Source: an uncultured virus (IMG/VR IMGVR_UViG_3300021399_000146)
Taxonomy: Duplodnaviria > Heunggongvirae > Uroviricota > Caudoviricetes
Virus record (IMG/VR): IMGVR_UViG_3300021399_000146
Reading direction: 5' to 3' (one strand)
Length of the DNA: 64,000 nucleotides
Part shown: in pieces, positions 18,065 to 29,396 of the stretch
How the letters are laid out: every line of letters starts with the position of its first letter
Position numbering within the stretch: the first letter of the stretch is position 1
Notes under the pieces: generated by a model
Told to the model about the DNA's origin: nothing
Database searches by the model: none
Seen by the model: the letters and a program-made list of their open reading frames with translations, nothing else
Translations under genes and position numbers: made by a program

Positions 18065-19837
18065 ATGAAAGGAGAAATTATAATGGCTAAATATATATTA
18101 CCCGGTTCGGAAAGTGTTATAGACGATATGTCTCCAACACAGACATCTCCGTTGTTACATTATTATTCACCTAGATTGTTTGGAGCACCTCCGCAATTAA
18201 CGAATCAATGTGACATGAGGTTGTTGAGTTCCGATGGATCAAATCCAGGTCCTGTAGGAGATTTCTATTTAACAAAGATTCTTCAGGATGCGAATATTGT
18301 AAATTTCAATGTTGGTCGTGCTAGGTTCATCGGAGGTATGAGCACCATATCAAACGTAATTCGTGAAGTGTATTACTACAGCAGAGCATTATCAAAATAT
18401 GACATATATGGTCAGGATGATGCTCCTATAACAGGTGGTAATACCATTGCAGCAAGTGTTCAAGACATAGCCTCTCAGGAAGCATATGAAGAAGCCTATG
18501 GTTCAAGAGATTCAGAAGATCTGGTGTACACAAGCTGGTCAAATCTTAGAGGAATGATATCAGATGCACGTTCAGATGAGCTTGATGATGATGGAATGGT
18601 ATTAAGTGATGTTTCTAAGTTTGAGGGTGCTGGTCTTAGCCAGATTGCTGAAATAGCAGGTGCTGGTAAAGGTAAACTTCTTGCATCTTTACTGACATCA
18701 TTATCTGTTCAACAACCATTCTATACATTTGAAGCGGATTGGTATTCTTATATAAACAACGTAAAAATGATGATAAATACAGCAGTCATTATGTTAGGAT
18801 TACAAAATGCATGTGTACGTATCGGAGATGATTATATCCCAATAGGAATGATCGACATAGATGATTCCAATCCTTCAAAAGACGCTTGGGCAAATTATCG
18901 TTTTATCACACCAAGATCAGGTCTCGGTACTGTAACAGAAAAAGGCTCTGATAATGGTGATACTTCCCAATATGTATCATTCATGATTGATCCGTCCAGT
19001 ATAGGAGAATCATTGAATAATAACGTCGGTCCATCACAAATATTTTCATCAGTAATTAGCTCAGGTGATAGTGTTGGTGCTGAAATTGCTTTCTTGACAA
19101 ACTCAACAGTTGGCTCATCAAAAGACATGGTTGCTTCACTTGGAAAGGAAGCTCGTGAGGAAGCACAAAAACTGATGAAAGAAATGGCAAAAGGAAATGG
19201 TAGATTTACTGCGGCTATTGCATCATCTTTATCACGTTCTTATACAGGTGATCATACAATCTATCCAGAAATATTCCAATCCCATGAATCGACCTCATCA
19301 ATGTCAGTTAATATACATCTTGTTGCTGATTCAGGTGATGCATATTCTTATCTTGTGAATATTCTTGTGCCATTGTTTTTCTTGTATGGAATGTCATTAC
19401 CACAGTTATCAAAAACAAATGCTTCTGCATATCAATACCCACCGGTTATTCAATGTAATATTCCTGGTATGTGGGGAACTCGTCTTGGTATGATAACAGG
19501 TATGACTATAACAAAAAATCCATCTGGTAAAGATGTGTCAATAAATGGTTGGCCAACAGTCGTTGATGTTGGTATAACCATTAAAGATTTGGAGCATGTT
19601 CTTGTTACATCACCAATGAACAAACCTTCTGTATTTCTTAATAACCACACAATGTTTGATTACATTGCACAGTGTTGTGGTGTTGATAAATACAGGGTTA
19701 ATGGTAGTATGAGATCAGCAGCTAGATTGGCTTTGGCAACTGCTGCTGCAAATAATATGTTTGCATCAATAACTAATGCAGTCATGAATGATTGGCATTC
19801 ACTTGTAAATAGAATTTATGCATGGGACAGACAGTAA
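18065..19837 (+). CDS. Probable virion structural protein (phiKZ-like tail/baseplate family)
   Basis: C-terminal YQYPPVIQCNIPG..LGMITGMTITK..GWPTVVDVGITIKDL pattern recalls jumbo-phage structural proteins; start probably MAKY at 18083. Confidence 0.6.
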   Translation: MKGEIIMAKYILPGSESVIDDMSPTQTSPLLHYYSPRLFGAPPQLTNQCDMRLLSSDGSNPGPVGDFYLTKILQDANIVNFNVGRARFIGGMSTISNVIREVYYYSRALSKYDIYGQDDAPITGGNTIAASVQDIASQEAYEEAYGSRDSEDLVYTSWSNLRGMISDARSDELDDDGMVLSDVSKFEGAGLSQIAEIAGAGKGKLLASLLTSLSVQQPFYTFEADWYSYINNVKMMINTAVIMLGLQNACVRIGDDYIPIGMIDIDDSNPSKDAWANYRFITPRSGLGTVTEKGSDNGDTSQYVSFMIDPSSIGESLNNNVGPSQIFSSVISSGDSVGAEIAFLTNSTVGSSKDMVASLGKEAREEAQKLMKEMAKGNGRFTAAIASSLSRSYTGDHTIYPEIFQSHESTSSMSVNIHLVADSGDAYSYLVNILVPLFFLYGMSLPQLSKTNASAYQYPPVIQCNIPGMWGTRLGMITGMTITKNPSGKDVSINGWPTVVDVGITIKDLEHVLVTSPMNKPSVFLNNHTMFDYIAQCCGVDKYRVNGSMRSAARLALATAAANNMFASITNAVMNDWHSLVNRIYAWDRQ

Positions 19838-19843
19838 AAAATA

Positions 19844-19868
19844 ATATGGGGGCATTATGCCCCCATAT
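19844..19868. terminator. Bidirectional terminator between convergent genes
   Basis: ATATGGGGGCA-TTA-TGCCCCCATAT between the stops at 19837 and 19871. Confidence 0.8.
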
Positions 19869-19870
19869 AT

Positions 19871-20524
19871 TTATATATTCTGATTTGTCATCGGAACAGG
19901 TTTTCTTTCAACATTCTGATGTACATTCTGAATATACTGTTGAGTCGAACCCTTTGGCATTTCACCAAAGAACTCTAACATCGAAACGCTATAACAGATT
20001 GGATCAAAATGTTTCAACATTATTACGATTGGTATTGCATCTTCGAGAGGAATCGTTACAAACCCATTCTTTGATGTTATCTTTATGCCAGGAAAACATT
20101 CACTTGTTGCATTTGTCCATACAGCAGGCACAGCTGTCATACCCGCTGTAGTAAATGCTTTTTCAGTCTGGAATATTTCGAGAGCCCTCGAGTCGACCTC
20201 GAATTCAGTACTGGATATGTTTGGAAACAATGTGAAAAGATTTTCCTGTATCTTTGTTACAGCCTTATCCAACAAAGACACGAATGCATAATATTTTACA
20301 CCAGGTAAGAATATTCTGGGTTTATCAAAACCTTCAGAAACTGATATTGAGAACGAAGGGTTGATCGATACTCCTCCATTTCTCTTTAATCGGATTGATG
20401 GGAAATTATCCGGATTGTTTTCCCATTTGTAGATATACGTGATAAGAAGATCAGGGTTAACCGAACCTTCTTTGGATCCACGATAGATTTGTGTATCATG
20501 AGTGATCATCTGCTGTACCTCCAT
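19871..20524 (-). CDS. Hypothetical protein (217 aa)
   Basis: ORF coupled to the RNAP subunit gene; true start probably MITHD. Confidence 0.75.
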   Translation of the reverse strand: MEVQQMITHDTQIYRGSKEGSVNPDLLITYIYKWENNPDNFPSIRLKRNGGVSINPSFSISVSEGFDKPRIFLPGVKYYAFVSLLDKAVTKIQENLFTLFPNISSTEFEVDSRALEIFQTEKAFTTAGMTAVPAVWTNATSECFPGIKITSKNGFVTIPLEDAIPIVIMLKHFDPICYSVSMLEFFGEMPKGSTQQYIQNVHQNVERKPVPMTNQNI

Positions 20525-22145
20525 CCGGTATCTTGTAATCGAAATTTATGTATGCTGCGGCGACGAGTTTGTCAAGTATCCTATTATAATCTACGATATT
20601 ATTACAATCGAATGTCAATGCAGGATTCGGAAATTCCTGACATATGAAATCGAATAAATCATATTTTACATTTGGATATTTATTTACGTCTGCTTCGAAC
20701 AGCATTGATGTATCAGCCCATGGAGATATCATTCCTGATTGTCCAACATCCTTTGATGATTGCAGTAGGTCAACTAATCCAATCATTGATGGATGAAGCT
20801 GTCTTTGTACAAGATTGATCTTATGCTTATCTATACGGCCGAGCGAATTAGGTCCATGCTTTGTCCAGCGTAACATTTGATAGTAGTCTAAGTCATTGGC
20901 AAAATCAGTTACGTGGACAGTGCCGAGTTTGTAAAGATTTTTGAGTATAAGATCAGGATGGAACTTGAGTATTGGTTCCATTTCTTTCATCTTGATTAAG
21001 ATACCATATCTGAACATTTTCTTCAACTTGTCAGATACTTCCGCAGTTACAATCGTAGATATAACTTCATTGAGTCTGAGACGTTTATTCTCGTAAGAAT
21101 ATATGTTTACGTCTGTGAATTCTGTTTGGAGAATATATCTCAGCAACGAAACCATTGTTCGTTTATCTATCTCAGGAATAGGAAGTACCTGTGCTGATAT
21201 AGTATCCAACATACGAGCAACGTGCATTTCATGACATGCTCCACGATGTTCGATGATATTGTCATAATATGATAACTGATAAACCCACCATTTAGGATCT
21301 CTCAGTTCTTCTATTGAAGGAGGTTCATGTTTACGGATAAGATGTATTGCCATAACAAGTATTGATCTAACATAATCAAACTTGTCCAATCCTTTCTTAT
21401 AACCCTTAATGTAGATATCTCTATCAGGAATGGGTTGGAAGTAATCATACTTATCCTTGTCATCAGATATGTGATCACAGAACTGAAGTATTGGGAAAAC
21501 TCCGAGATAACATAATGGTGCCGGTATATGCATAAAGCATGAGAGTATCGGTTCCATGGTTGTAAATATTTTAACCATACCGATTTTTGAGTAATAAATA
21601 TGACCATCCATTGAAGTTTCTGAAGCCTCTTCATATTTGATTACAATAGGAAGCAGAGACTTTAATGTTATGGAATCTTTTCCTGATGGGTAAAGTAATT
21701 TGTCAACAAGCTGATATTCCGAATAGAGGACATTCTCTATCAGATATCTTCCATGCTTATCTTCAATTGGTACGTATAATTTATTATGAATTACTCGTGT
21801 TTCAAGATTTTTATTCTTGTCACGTGCACCACAATAAATATCAAATTCAAGAATACCCAATCTTGAATTACCAATTGTCTTTGTTGACAATTTGTCTCCT
21901 GTCTCACGACGGCGATGCTGTATTTCTGCAGCAGATGGATATGGGTTCCATTTCCAATTACCGACATGGATGAAAGGGGTAGTTGAGATATTATCAATTG
22001 GATTTAATTCCAATACGTTGATGATTTCGATATCCTGTATGGCTTTTTGTACATATTGCCATAAAGGTTTATCGGTGCCTAAATCAACCTTGATATTACT
22101 CAACGGGTTGTATGCTTCTTTGATGACATAATCAATCATCACCAT
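20496..22145 (-). CDS. rpoB: Multisubunit phage RNA polymerase beta subunit, N-terminal part (split, phiKZ/AR9 type)
   Basis: LYVPIEDKHGRYLIENVLYSEYQLVDK matches the beta N-terminal IP..G.F.ING..QL pattern; LRWTKHGPNSLGR...RQLHPSMIGLVD..S..VGQSGMISP matches the beta fork-loop/rifampicin region; ORF ends shortly after. Confidence 0.8.
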   Translation of the reverse strand: MVMIDYVIKEAYNPLSNIKVDLGTDKPLWQYVQKAIQDIEIINVLELNPIDNISTTPFIHVGNWKWNPYPSAAEIQHRRRETGDKLSTKTIGNSRLGILEFDIYCGARDKNKNLETRVIHNKLYVPIEDKHGRYLIENVLYSEYQLVDKLLYPSGKDSITLKSLLPIVIKYEEASETSMDGHIYYSKIGMVKIFTTMEPILSCFMHIPAPLCYLGVFPILQFCDHISDDKDKYDYFQPIPDRDIYIKGYKKGLDKFDYVRSILVMAIHLIRKHEPPSIEELRDPKWWVYQLSYYDNIIEHRGACHEMHVARMLDTISAQVLPIPEIDKRTMVSLLRYILQTEFTDVNIYSYENKRLRLNEVISTIVTAEVSDKLKKMFRYGILIKMKEMEPILKFHPDLILKNLYKLGTVHVTDFANDLDYYQMLRWTKHGPNSLGRIDKHKINLVQRQLHPSMIGLVDLLQSSKDVGQSGMISPWADTSMLFEADVNKYPNVKYDLFDFICQEFPNPALTFDCNNIVDYNRILDKLVAAAYINFDYKIPDGGTADDHS

Positions 22146-22242
22146 TCCTCCTTTTCTTTAATAGAGTAAAGGATAGTTCTCTTATTACTCGGAAAAATAA
22201 TGTGTATGTTTAAATCAATAAATTTTATAAGGAGATGATTAT

Positions 22243-25200
22243 GTGGCTAATAAAGTTCCTATGGAATTTTCTCCGTTTGTAGGACCTGATTCTCTTCGTG
22301 CAGTTACTCATTTAATGAAAGCATTATTTGAAAATCACACACCAAGGTCATATGGACACGAAGACATAGAGGGTTCATATTACGAAGGTACTGTAGAAAA
22401 CTGGGGTGCTGAACTGTTAACAGAGTCTAGAAAACTCTTATTGGATAAGCCATCATTGAAAAGTATATTAATCGAAAACACGTTTGATTACTATTTCGAT
22501 GTGAAGTATTCCGGGTTCGTAAATACATATGATCAACAGAATCTGTTGTGTGCATTACTGAAAAAAGATGTACTGTTATCAAACAGAACATACAAACTCA
22601 AATTTGAAAATGTCGTTCCTCGTTCGATACCAAGATCAAAAAGTAGCAGTGATCCCACGGTCGAAATAGATCAGTTCATGATGACATTAACACCACCAAC
22701 GTTGGTTGAGATAGAGAACGACACAGTTGTAGCTGAACATACTCTAAAATTGTCAGATAAGAGTGGTTTGGAAACAGTGTATTTTTTCCATATAGATATC
22801 GAGACAGAAGACTTCTATAATGAACCGATTGATGGAACAATTGTTACTGAACCAATCACTGATTCAATGCACGGTTATCCAATGATCTGGATGTGTGTTA
22901 ATGAATTAAAAACTTTACCCGATCTTCGTTTTGAGGGTAATGAATATGGTGAAGACGAGAAACCTTTCTTGACATTAGGAACAAATGGACATGATGAGAT
23001 GCTTGTATATCCATTTTTATCATTGACTTCCGAAGAAATAGACATTTCAAAGTTTTTGATAAAGATACTTCCTACTGACAATTCTTCATTTTATACAGAT
23101 ACTGGATCATTAGATCAGAACTATGTTACTGACATTTCAGAAATACAGTTCTGCTACTATAATGATGGAATCAATGTTCATGAAAGACCTGATCTGACAT
23201 ATACCATAACATTTGATGGTACATACTGTGCAATGAATATCATAAAGAATGATAATCTTTCATGGCGATTCAGATTACCTGTTGAGGGTGATTATGATTA
23301 TGATGGTACAACATACATCAATCGTGTTTATGCATATATAAATGCATCTGAATTCGAAAGTGATATATCAAAAGAGGTATTGATACCATTAACAAAAATA
23401 AAGTTCGATTCGGATTATATGTATGAAAAAGAATTCTTATCATTGAATGCATATGCTGGTGTACATGTTGATGTGACATCAGAGCATTCTGACAATGATG
23501 TCATTAAAAAGAATGGTGTTATACATTCTTTCGGTGACTTCGATGGTCTACCATCTTATTTCAAATATGATCCCGAACGCAATCGTCTTACACATCGAGC
23601 ACATGTCGAAATGTATGCATTGCGTGATCAGAAAAACAATAATGGACAAGATGCTATGGATAAACCATCAGCTGGTGTCATCATAGATTCTGGTATACCA
23701 CAAACTGAATTACCTGAAGTAAACAAAGACCTTCCTGTTACAATAAGATTCGATAACACAGATCCAATCAACAGGCATTTCAAATGGTATGATCCTCCGA
23801 TTTCGAAATACAATGTATTGTCTGAAATAACATACATCGATCCTTATCATTTTGGAAATGCAAGAATCAATTCTCAACGCTTAAAACAAAAATTCGTTTA
23901 CCATGGAAATCGTCATTTTTCTTTACACGGTATTGGATTTGATCCAGAGCTTGAATACGGTAGGGTTTATATAATATCCAATGATAAGGCTACTTATGAA
24001 AACAATGAGACTGCCGACAATCCAAAAGCACCAACAACATTCGCAAGAATATGTGATATACCAACACATTATTCTCAGCTGATAAGTATACCTAATCTAT
24101 CACCAACATTCATTCTTGATACAGACTACATTCGCACAGAATTGAATTATAGTGTCGAGGATATATATCCGATACATAACAGAGACTTCGAAGATCATAT
24201 TATAAATATTAACGGTAATGTGCTCTTCAATAAATACAGTATCAATGTTATACCGGGATATGCGAATACCCATTATAAAAGATGGGATAATTTGATATCA
24301 TGGATAAATCTGAATAATGATACATCTATCTCTTTTGATATAGATGCATCAGAATCAATCAATTATGAAAACGGTGATGAATTCGATTTCCACATTGGTG
24401 GAATAAATATCAAAGGTAAAGTATCAGAAACTGATCAAGGAAAGGTTACTTCTGTATTGTTCTATAATGCAAACACGGAAGAATACGATTCTCCAAGACC
24501 TGTTTTGAAGTATGATGTAGTGAACATCGTAAATCTCACTGGAACAACAACCATATTTGATGTATCACCGAAATCAGGTTCTGGAACAGGATTGAAGGTA
24601 ATACTCAATATAGATCCTGACTACTATGAAACACTACAACCAATCACAAATGGTATCATTACAGATCTCATCTTCTTCTATAAAGATGATCATGGGAATG
24701 TATCAATATACAATAGAACAGAAAACGAATCACTCTTCGTCGAGCAGGTTACTGGCGCAATTGAATATCCAAATGCATATGATAGCTTATATAATCTTAG
24801 CGTTGACACAACCGAATCTTTGTTATACACATATACTGAAAACGATCTAAGATCATTAGATGGTTTAACCGGATTAAACATTAGAGCTTTTGAAAGTGGT
24901 AACATTCCTGGAAGCGAAGATGTTTATAGTGGTGAAGATAGAAGTGATCAACTCAATGCTGATTTTAGATGTTATCAAGATTCATTCTATGTTCTCGACA
25001 ATAGTGATACATCAATAGATAACGCCGTTATTGTAAGATTCACTACCAATGATATTTCCAATGATACTTCACGATTCATTCTTCCTGAATATAGTGATTT
25101 GGATTTGAGTGTGTATAATCCAAAGACGAATATATTTAAAATGAATGATGATATCCAACCATCACTGTTTATATATGATCCGACCGTTGATACAAAATAC

Positions 25201-25938
25201 ACACTCGAAAATACCATTAAGGATTTTGATGTGTTAAAATCATCGTCGCCTATGACATACAGAAACGTTTTCGTATCAACAGACTTTCTTCCGATGGATG
25301 TTGTTAATGAAGACGGATTCCTGAATATGAATGTATATTCATATAATGAATACGACACATCCACCCATGATGAATGGAGAAACGTGTTAAACAATAAAAC
25401 ACGTGATGAACTCGTTGAAATGGTACGTGGATTAAATCCTTCATCCGAGCCGCTTAAATATGAAACCGGCGAGTCATTATATGCATATTCAAAAGAAATG
25501 CTGATTGACTATATTATGGAAAATACATTATATTGGGAAGGAGACGATGTATCGTATACAAACGCTCCTCCATCAATATATAGAAAGCCGGAAATCTCAT
25601 TGTATGCAACAAGAGGAACTCGTGTTGTTGATAATCAGGGTTTACCAATTGCCGATAGAAAACAACCAACAGGTGATTTTGTAAAGGTAACATCCGATGT
25701 GTTCAATCCACATGGAAAATTAGGTGATAATGTAATCGAATTTAATCCATCATTTATATTTAAACTTGATGGTGTTGATCCAAGAACATTGGATGGTTTC
25801 AGAATGAAGGATGAATATGGTAATGATGTATCAACTGAATCTATTATCATAATAAACACCGATATGTATGTTGCATCCATTATAGGAGAAAACATAACTT
25901 GGGTAAAAATATACAAAACACAAAGGAGTGGTGATTAA
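22243..25938 (+). CDS. Large probable virion protein (tail/baseplate-associated), paralog 1
   Basis: 1231 aa, acidic and beta-rich; shares GRVY..SND..TYENN...ARICDIPT and other blocks with the next ORF. Confidence 0.65.
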   Translation: MANKVPMEFSPFVGPDSLRAVTHLMKALFENHTPRSYGHEDIEGSYYEGTVENWGAELLTESRKLLLDKPSLKSILIENTFDYYFDVKYSGFVNTYDQQNLLCALLKKDVLLSNRTYKLKFENVVPRSIPRSKSSSDPTVEIDQFMMTLTPPTLVEIENDTVVAEHTLKLSDKSGLETVYFFHIDIETEDFYNEPIDGTIVTEPITDSMHGYPMIWMCVNELKTLPDLRFEGNEYGEDEKPFLTLGTNGHDEMLVYPFLSLTSEEIDISKFLIKILPTDNSSFYTDTGSLDQNYVTDISEIQFCYYNDGINVHERPDLTYTITFDGTYCAMNIIKNDNLSWRFRLPVEGDYDYDGTTYINRVYAYINASEFESDISKEVLIPLTKIKFDSDYMYEKEFLSLNAYAGVHVDVTSEHSDNDVIKKNGVIHSFGDFDGLPSYFKYDPERNRLTHRAHVEMYALRDQKNNNGQDAMDKPSAGVIIDSGIPQTELPEVNKDLPVTIRFDNTDPINRHFKWYDPPISKYNVLSEITYIDPYHFGNARINSQRLKQKFVYHGNRHFSLHGIGFDPELEYGRVYIISNDKATYENNETADNPKAPTTFARICDIPTHYSQLISIPNLSPTFILDTDYIRTELNYSVEDIYPIHNRDFEDHIININGNVLFNKYSINVIPGYANTHYKRWDNLISWINLNNDTSISFDIDASESINYENGDEFDFHIGGINIKGKVSETDQGKVTSVLFYNANTEEYDSPRPVLKYDVVNIVNLTGTTTIFDVSPKSGSGTGLKVILNIDPDYYETLQPITNGIITDLIFFYKDDHGNVSIYNRTENESLFVEQVTGAIEYPNAYDSLYNLSVDTTESLLYTYTENDLRSLDGLTGLNIRAFESGNIPGSEDVYSGEDRSDQLNADFRCYQDSFYVLDNSDTSIDNAVIVRFTTNDISNDTSRFILPEYSDLDLSVYNPKTNIFKMNDDIQPSLFIYDPTVDTKYTLENTIKDFDVLKSSSPMTYRNVFVSTDFLPMDVVNEDGFLNMNVYSYNEYDTSTHDEWRNVLNNKTRDELVEMVRGLNPSSEPLKYETGESLYAYSKEMLIDYIMENTLYWEGDDVSYTNAPPSIYRKPEISLYATRGTRVVDNQGLPIADRKQPTGDFVKVTSDVFNPHGKLGDNVIEFNPSFIFKLDGVDPRTLDGFRMKDEYGNDVSTESIIIINTDMYVASIIGENITWVKIYKTQRSGD

Positions 25939-28900
25939 TGATCCCCAATAAATTACTCCGTGTTCTTGGTTATAATAACCTATCTATTATACTTATGCAA
26001 GAACGCCGTCATTGGTTGATGAAGACGAGTAAGAACGAACAAATTCAGGATTCTATAACTGGAGACATATTCCAGGGAAGGATTGATAACACTGGAGCGG
26101 ATATCATATTGGAATCAAAAAAGCTTCCATATAAATATGATTTCACTTCAAAAATAAAATTCAACTTAGTACATGCTGATGAGATTCTTGATATAAAATT
26201 ATCATCACTTCCACATTCAGCATGTGTTAATGGCCTCATGTATACAATCATAAAGTCGAGCGTGTATGCATATGATGCTGAAAACAGTGGTAATTATAAA
26301 CTCAGATTCACAAATGCAGAGGAGTGTATAATTCCCTTCGGAGCATCATTAACCTCTTCGGAAGTGTATGCTGGTAAATGGATAAAAACAACGACTCCTC
26401 CAACACTACTTGTGTGTGATACAAGCACAGGTGAGTATTCAATATCAAGAACTCTTGGATTCAACGGAGCAACAAATGTTACATGGTACTATCCATTGGA
26501 AGAATCTCTTCAACCCATTAACATAACAAAGACTGGTACAACATATACACTCGATGCTGTTGATAATGATAATTACATCGGTGACCCTCTCTTTTGGTTC
26601 ACATGTGATGAATCAAATGTAGGATCAAATGTAACAATATCAAACAATGTGGGTTCTAACAATACACAATTGATATATGTTTCAAATGAAGGTAATTCAT
26701 CACCATACAATGCAAAGCTGTATGTGGGAATAGATGGTTCTGATAATGCAACACCTGATGGTTCTTCGATATCAAATTACTCAATAAGAGTATCTCCCGT
26801 ACAAGGAAGATCGTTTGTTAACGATTCTTCCGATATGAACGTTCCATTATCCAACGTAATAAGTTTTGTAAATACTTCATCCAATACAACATACACATTG
26901 ACATTGACATATAATGAAAATGATGTATTGACAATGTGTAATGATTCAGAGATGTGGACATATGTTGATTCTTCAACATATGCAATCAACATGGATTATT
27001 TTGCAATAAACTGTTACAGCAGCCAACTCAATTCACCATTGGTGGCTTTGCTTAATATGACATTTGATTCATCAGTACCATTTGTACAACCTGATCCAGA
27101 TTATGGTTTTGCTGGTATGAGATTTTATGCCGGTAATCCAAGTTCGGATACTGTTGAAAGGTATCCTTATAATCTCAATAAATGGGAGGGTCTACCTGAA
27201 TGGTTAACTGATGAAACATCGGATACCGTTCAAGAACATGGTGTGGTTTATGCAATGCATTCAACCCCGTCAACAGATCCGGAGAATCCTGAAACATACC
27301 AAGGAGCGGGACTCATTTTTGATCCTGGTCTCGTAGAAGATCCACAGGAAGAAAACCCCAATTCTGTTGGAAGGGTTTATGTTCTATCAAATGATTCTCT
27401 GACGTATGAGAACAATAAATCCAAAGACACATTATATCCAAAACCTGATAGAACTGCCGCAAGAATATGCGATATACCCACATCCGCAGTACAGCTTACT
27501 GGTGCAAAGGGTCTATCAACAACACAGGTAGTTGATAAAAAATATGTAAGAACGGAGACATCATATTCTGTATCAGATAAGAGTATGCTGTATAATGATA
27601 TGGCATCAAGATGGGTGAAACCCTCACATCTAACTGAAGATGGTGTTCCTGCATATGAAGCATCTGGATTAACAAACAAATTCGTGTTTGAAACGGTTGA
27701 TGAATTACATAAAATTGATATGTATGATCATAACAATTTTAGATATACCGAGAATTTGAATCCAGTTGTTGATGTATCAGAAGTATCAATAGGAAATATT
27801 GATAATCGTGGATCGGGTTATGCGGAAAATGATACAGGCCTTGTGATTGTGGGAGGTTCTTCTTTCACATATACCGTATTAACTGTTGATGAAGAAGGAG
27901 CAGTTCAAACATTCTCAATCACACCTGATGAACATGTATTGTCTATTCCATTATATAATTTCGATATGACTGACGTATTATCAGGATTTACGTTACCATA
28001 CGGAACATCACCATTGACTGGTAATGGTAAAGGATTTAAATTCTCATTCAGAATAGATTATGATTATCTGCAATCAATATTACCAAAGAAAGGTGAATTT
28101 TTCCCTGATCTATTTGCATTGGTTCGTGAGAATTCTGGTTTGTTCTTATATGATTACAGAATTAACAGTTCTTCAAGCGCCACTCCAAAAGAAGGTTCAT
28201 GGGTTAAATCAATAATGATTGCTGAATTCGAAGTAACGGATATCGATAAGAGTAATCCTGATTATGGTGTGTCTACTCATGAATCATTTGTAAATTCAAT
28301 ACTTCCAAATGTTACAACATTACCTGTTACAAGAAAACTCGATAATGTTGGAATGACCTCGATAGATGTTCTTCAAACAGCGTCATGTATAAACGTAATA
28401 GATTCATCGCATACACCTGTTGTACCTCCAATGGCTTCCGATGATCCAATGCCAAATAACATTGTTGATCTATGCAAGTTCTATTGTGATGGTATATCAC
28501 AAGAGGTTGCAGATGAAACTCATGGTAGAAATGTAAATGGAGTTATATCCGCTTTGAGAAAGAAGAAACGAATTCGTTTTGATTCGTATGTTATATGGAG
28601 ATGGTTATATCCTGATTCTGAGTTGGAACCAAACGATGGAAAACCCAGACTTGTATTCGAATACGGTATAATCCATAGAGGATTCTCAAATCTGTTTTCA
28701 ACGGATTCAACAACGAAACTACCAAAGAACGATTTGTACTGTGACAATTATGTTCATTTCAATGCCGGTACATCAATAATGTGGAACGTTCCGGGTGTTG
28801 GACCAATGGTATGGATGTATGATCCAAAATCTACCAAAAAAGAAGATTACAGGATTGATCCTCAGACAATGGATCTCGAAGTCATAAGAACAAATATAAC

Positions 28901-29363
28901 ATATGCTGATGTAGATGTTAGAATGAATGACAGAAGCGAGGTAGTAAAGATTGTTGAGGACGGAAAGTATCTATGGAATATACTATCTAACAATCCACAG
29001 AACATACCTCCTTCTGGAACAAATCCATTATACAAAGATCCGGAATTATCTGTAATGAGTGATGTAGTTGTAGGTGCCAGTGTTGATGATACAATTGATA
29101 CTCATAAAATGATGGGTAACTGGAAACTTGTATTCCCAAGAATAAATACATTTGTACTTTCAAATGATCTAACCAACACAAAATATGTGCCAAAGAAAAT
29201 GAATACTATCAAATCAAGAAATGTAAACATTTCTCCATCAACAAAAGCATATGATGACATGGGTAACGATGTTTCTGCAAAGACTCTTGTCATTAGTGAA
29301 ACTGTGGATGGTACTGTTATAAATGTATACAATTCAGAAGCAGGTAGATGGGATAAAATATAA
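25938..29363 (+). CDS. Large probable virion protein (tail/baseplate-associated), paralog 2
   Basis: 1141 aa; TAATG stop/start coupling; shared blocks with the previous ORF. Confidence 0.65.
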   Translation: MIPNKLLRVLGYNNLSIILMQERRHWLMKTSKNEQIQDSITGDIFQGRIDNTGADIILESKKLPYKYDFTSKIKFNLVHADEILDIKLSSLPHSACVNGLMYTIIKSSVYAYDAENSGNYKLRFTNAEECIIPFGASLTSSEVYAGKWIKTTTPPTLLVCDTSTGEYSISRTLGFNGATNVTWYYPLEESLQPINITKTGTTYTLDAVDNDNYIGDPLFWFTCDESNVGSNVTISNNVGSNNTQLIYVSNEGNSSPYNAKLYVGIDGSDNATPDGSSISNYSIRVSPVQGRSFVNDSSDMNVPLSNVISFVNTSSNTTYTLTLTYNENDVLTMCNDSEMWTYVDSSTYAINMDYFAINCYSSQLNSPLVALLNMTFDSSVPFVQPDPDYGFAGMRFYAGNPSSDTVERYPYNLNKWEGLPEWLTDETSDTVQEHGVVYAMHSTPSTDPENPETYQGAGLIFDPGLVEDPQEENPNSVGRVYVLSNDSLTYENNKSKDTLYPKPDRTAARICDIPTSAVQLTGAKGLSTTQVVDKKYVRTETSYSVSDKSMLYNDMASRWVKPSHLTEDGVPAYEASGLTNKFVFETVDELHKIDMYDHNNFRYTENLNPVVDVSEVSIGNIDNRGSGYAENDTGLVIVGGSSFTYTVLTVDEEGAVQTFSITPDEHVLSIPLYNFDMTDVLSGFTLPYGTSPLTGNGKGFKFSFRIDYDYLQSILPKKGEFFPDLFALVRENSGLFLYDYRINSSSSATPKEGSWVKSIMIAEFEVTDIDKSNPDYGVSTHESFVNSILPNVTTLPVTRKLDNVGMTSIDVLQTASCINVIDSSHTPVVPPMASDDPMPNNIVDLCKFYCDGISQEVADETHGRNVNGVISALRKKKRIRFDSYVIWRWLYPDSELEPNDGKPRLVFEYGIIHRGFSNLFSTDSTTKLPKNDLYCDNYVHFNAGTSIMWNVPGVGPMVWMYDPKSTKKEDYRIDPQTMDLEVIRTNITYADVDVRMNDRSEVVKIVEDGKYLWNILSNNPQNIPPSGTNPLYKDPELSVMSDVVVGASVDDTIDTHKMMGNWKLVFPRINTFVLSNDLTNTKYVPKKMNTIKSRNVNISPSTKAYDDMGNDVSAKTLVISETVDGTVINVYNSEAGRWDKI

Positions 29364-29369
29364 AAAATA

Positions 29370-29396
29370 AATTGGAGGGGCATTGCCCCTCCAATT
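29370..29396. terminator. Bidirectional terminator between convergent genes
   Basis: AATTGGAGGGGC-ATT-GCCCCTCCAATT. Confidence 0.8.
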
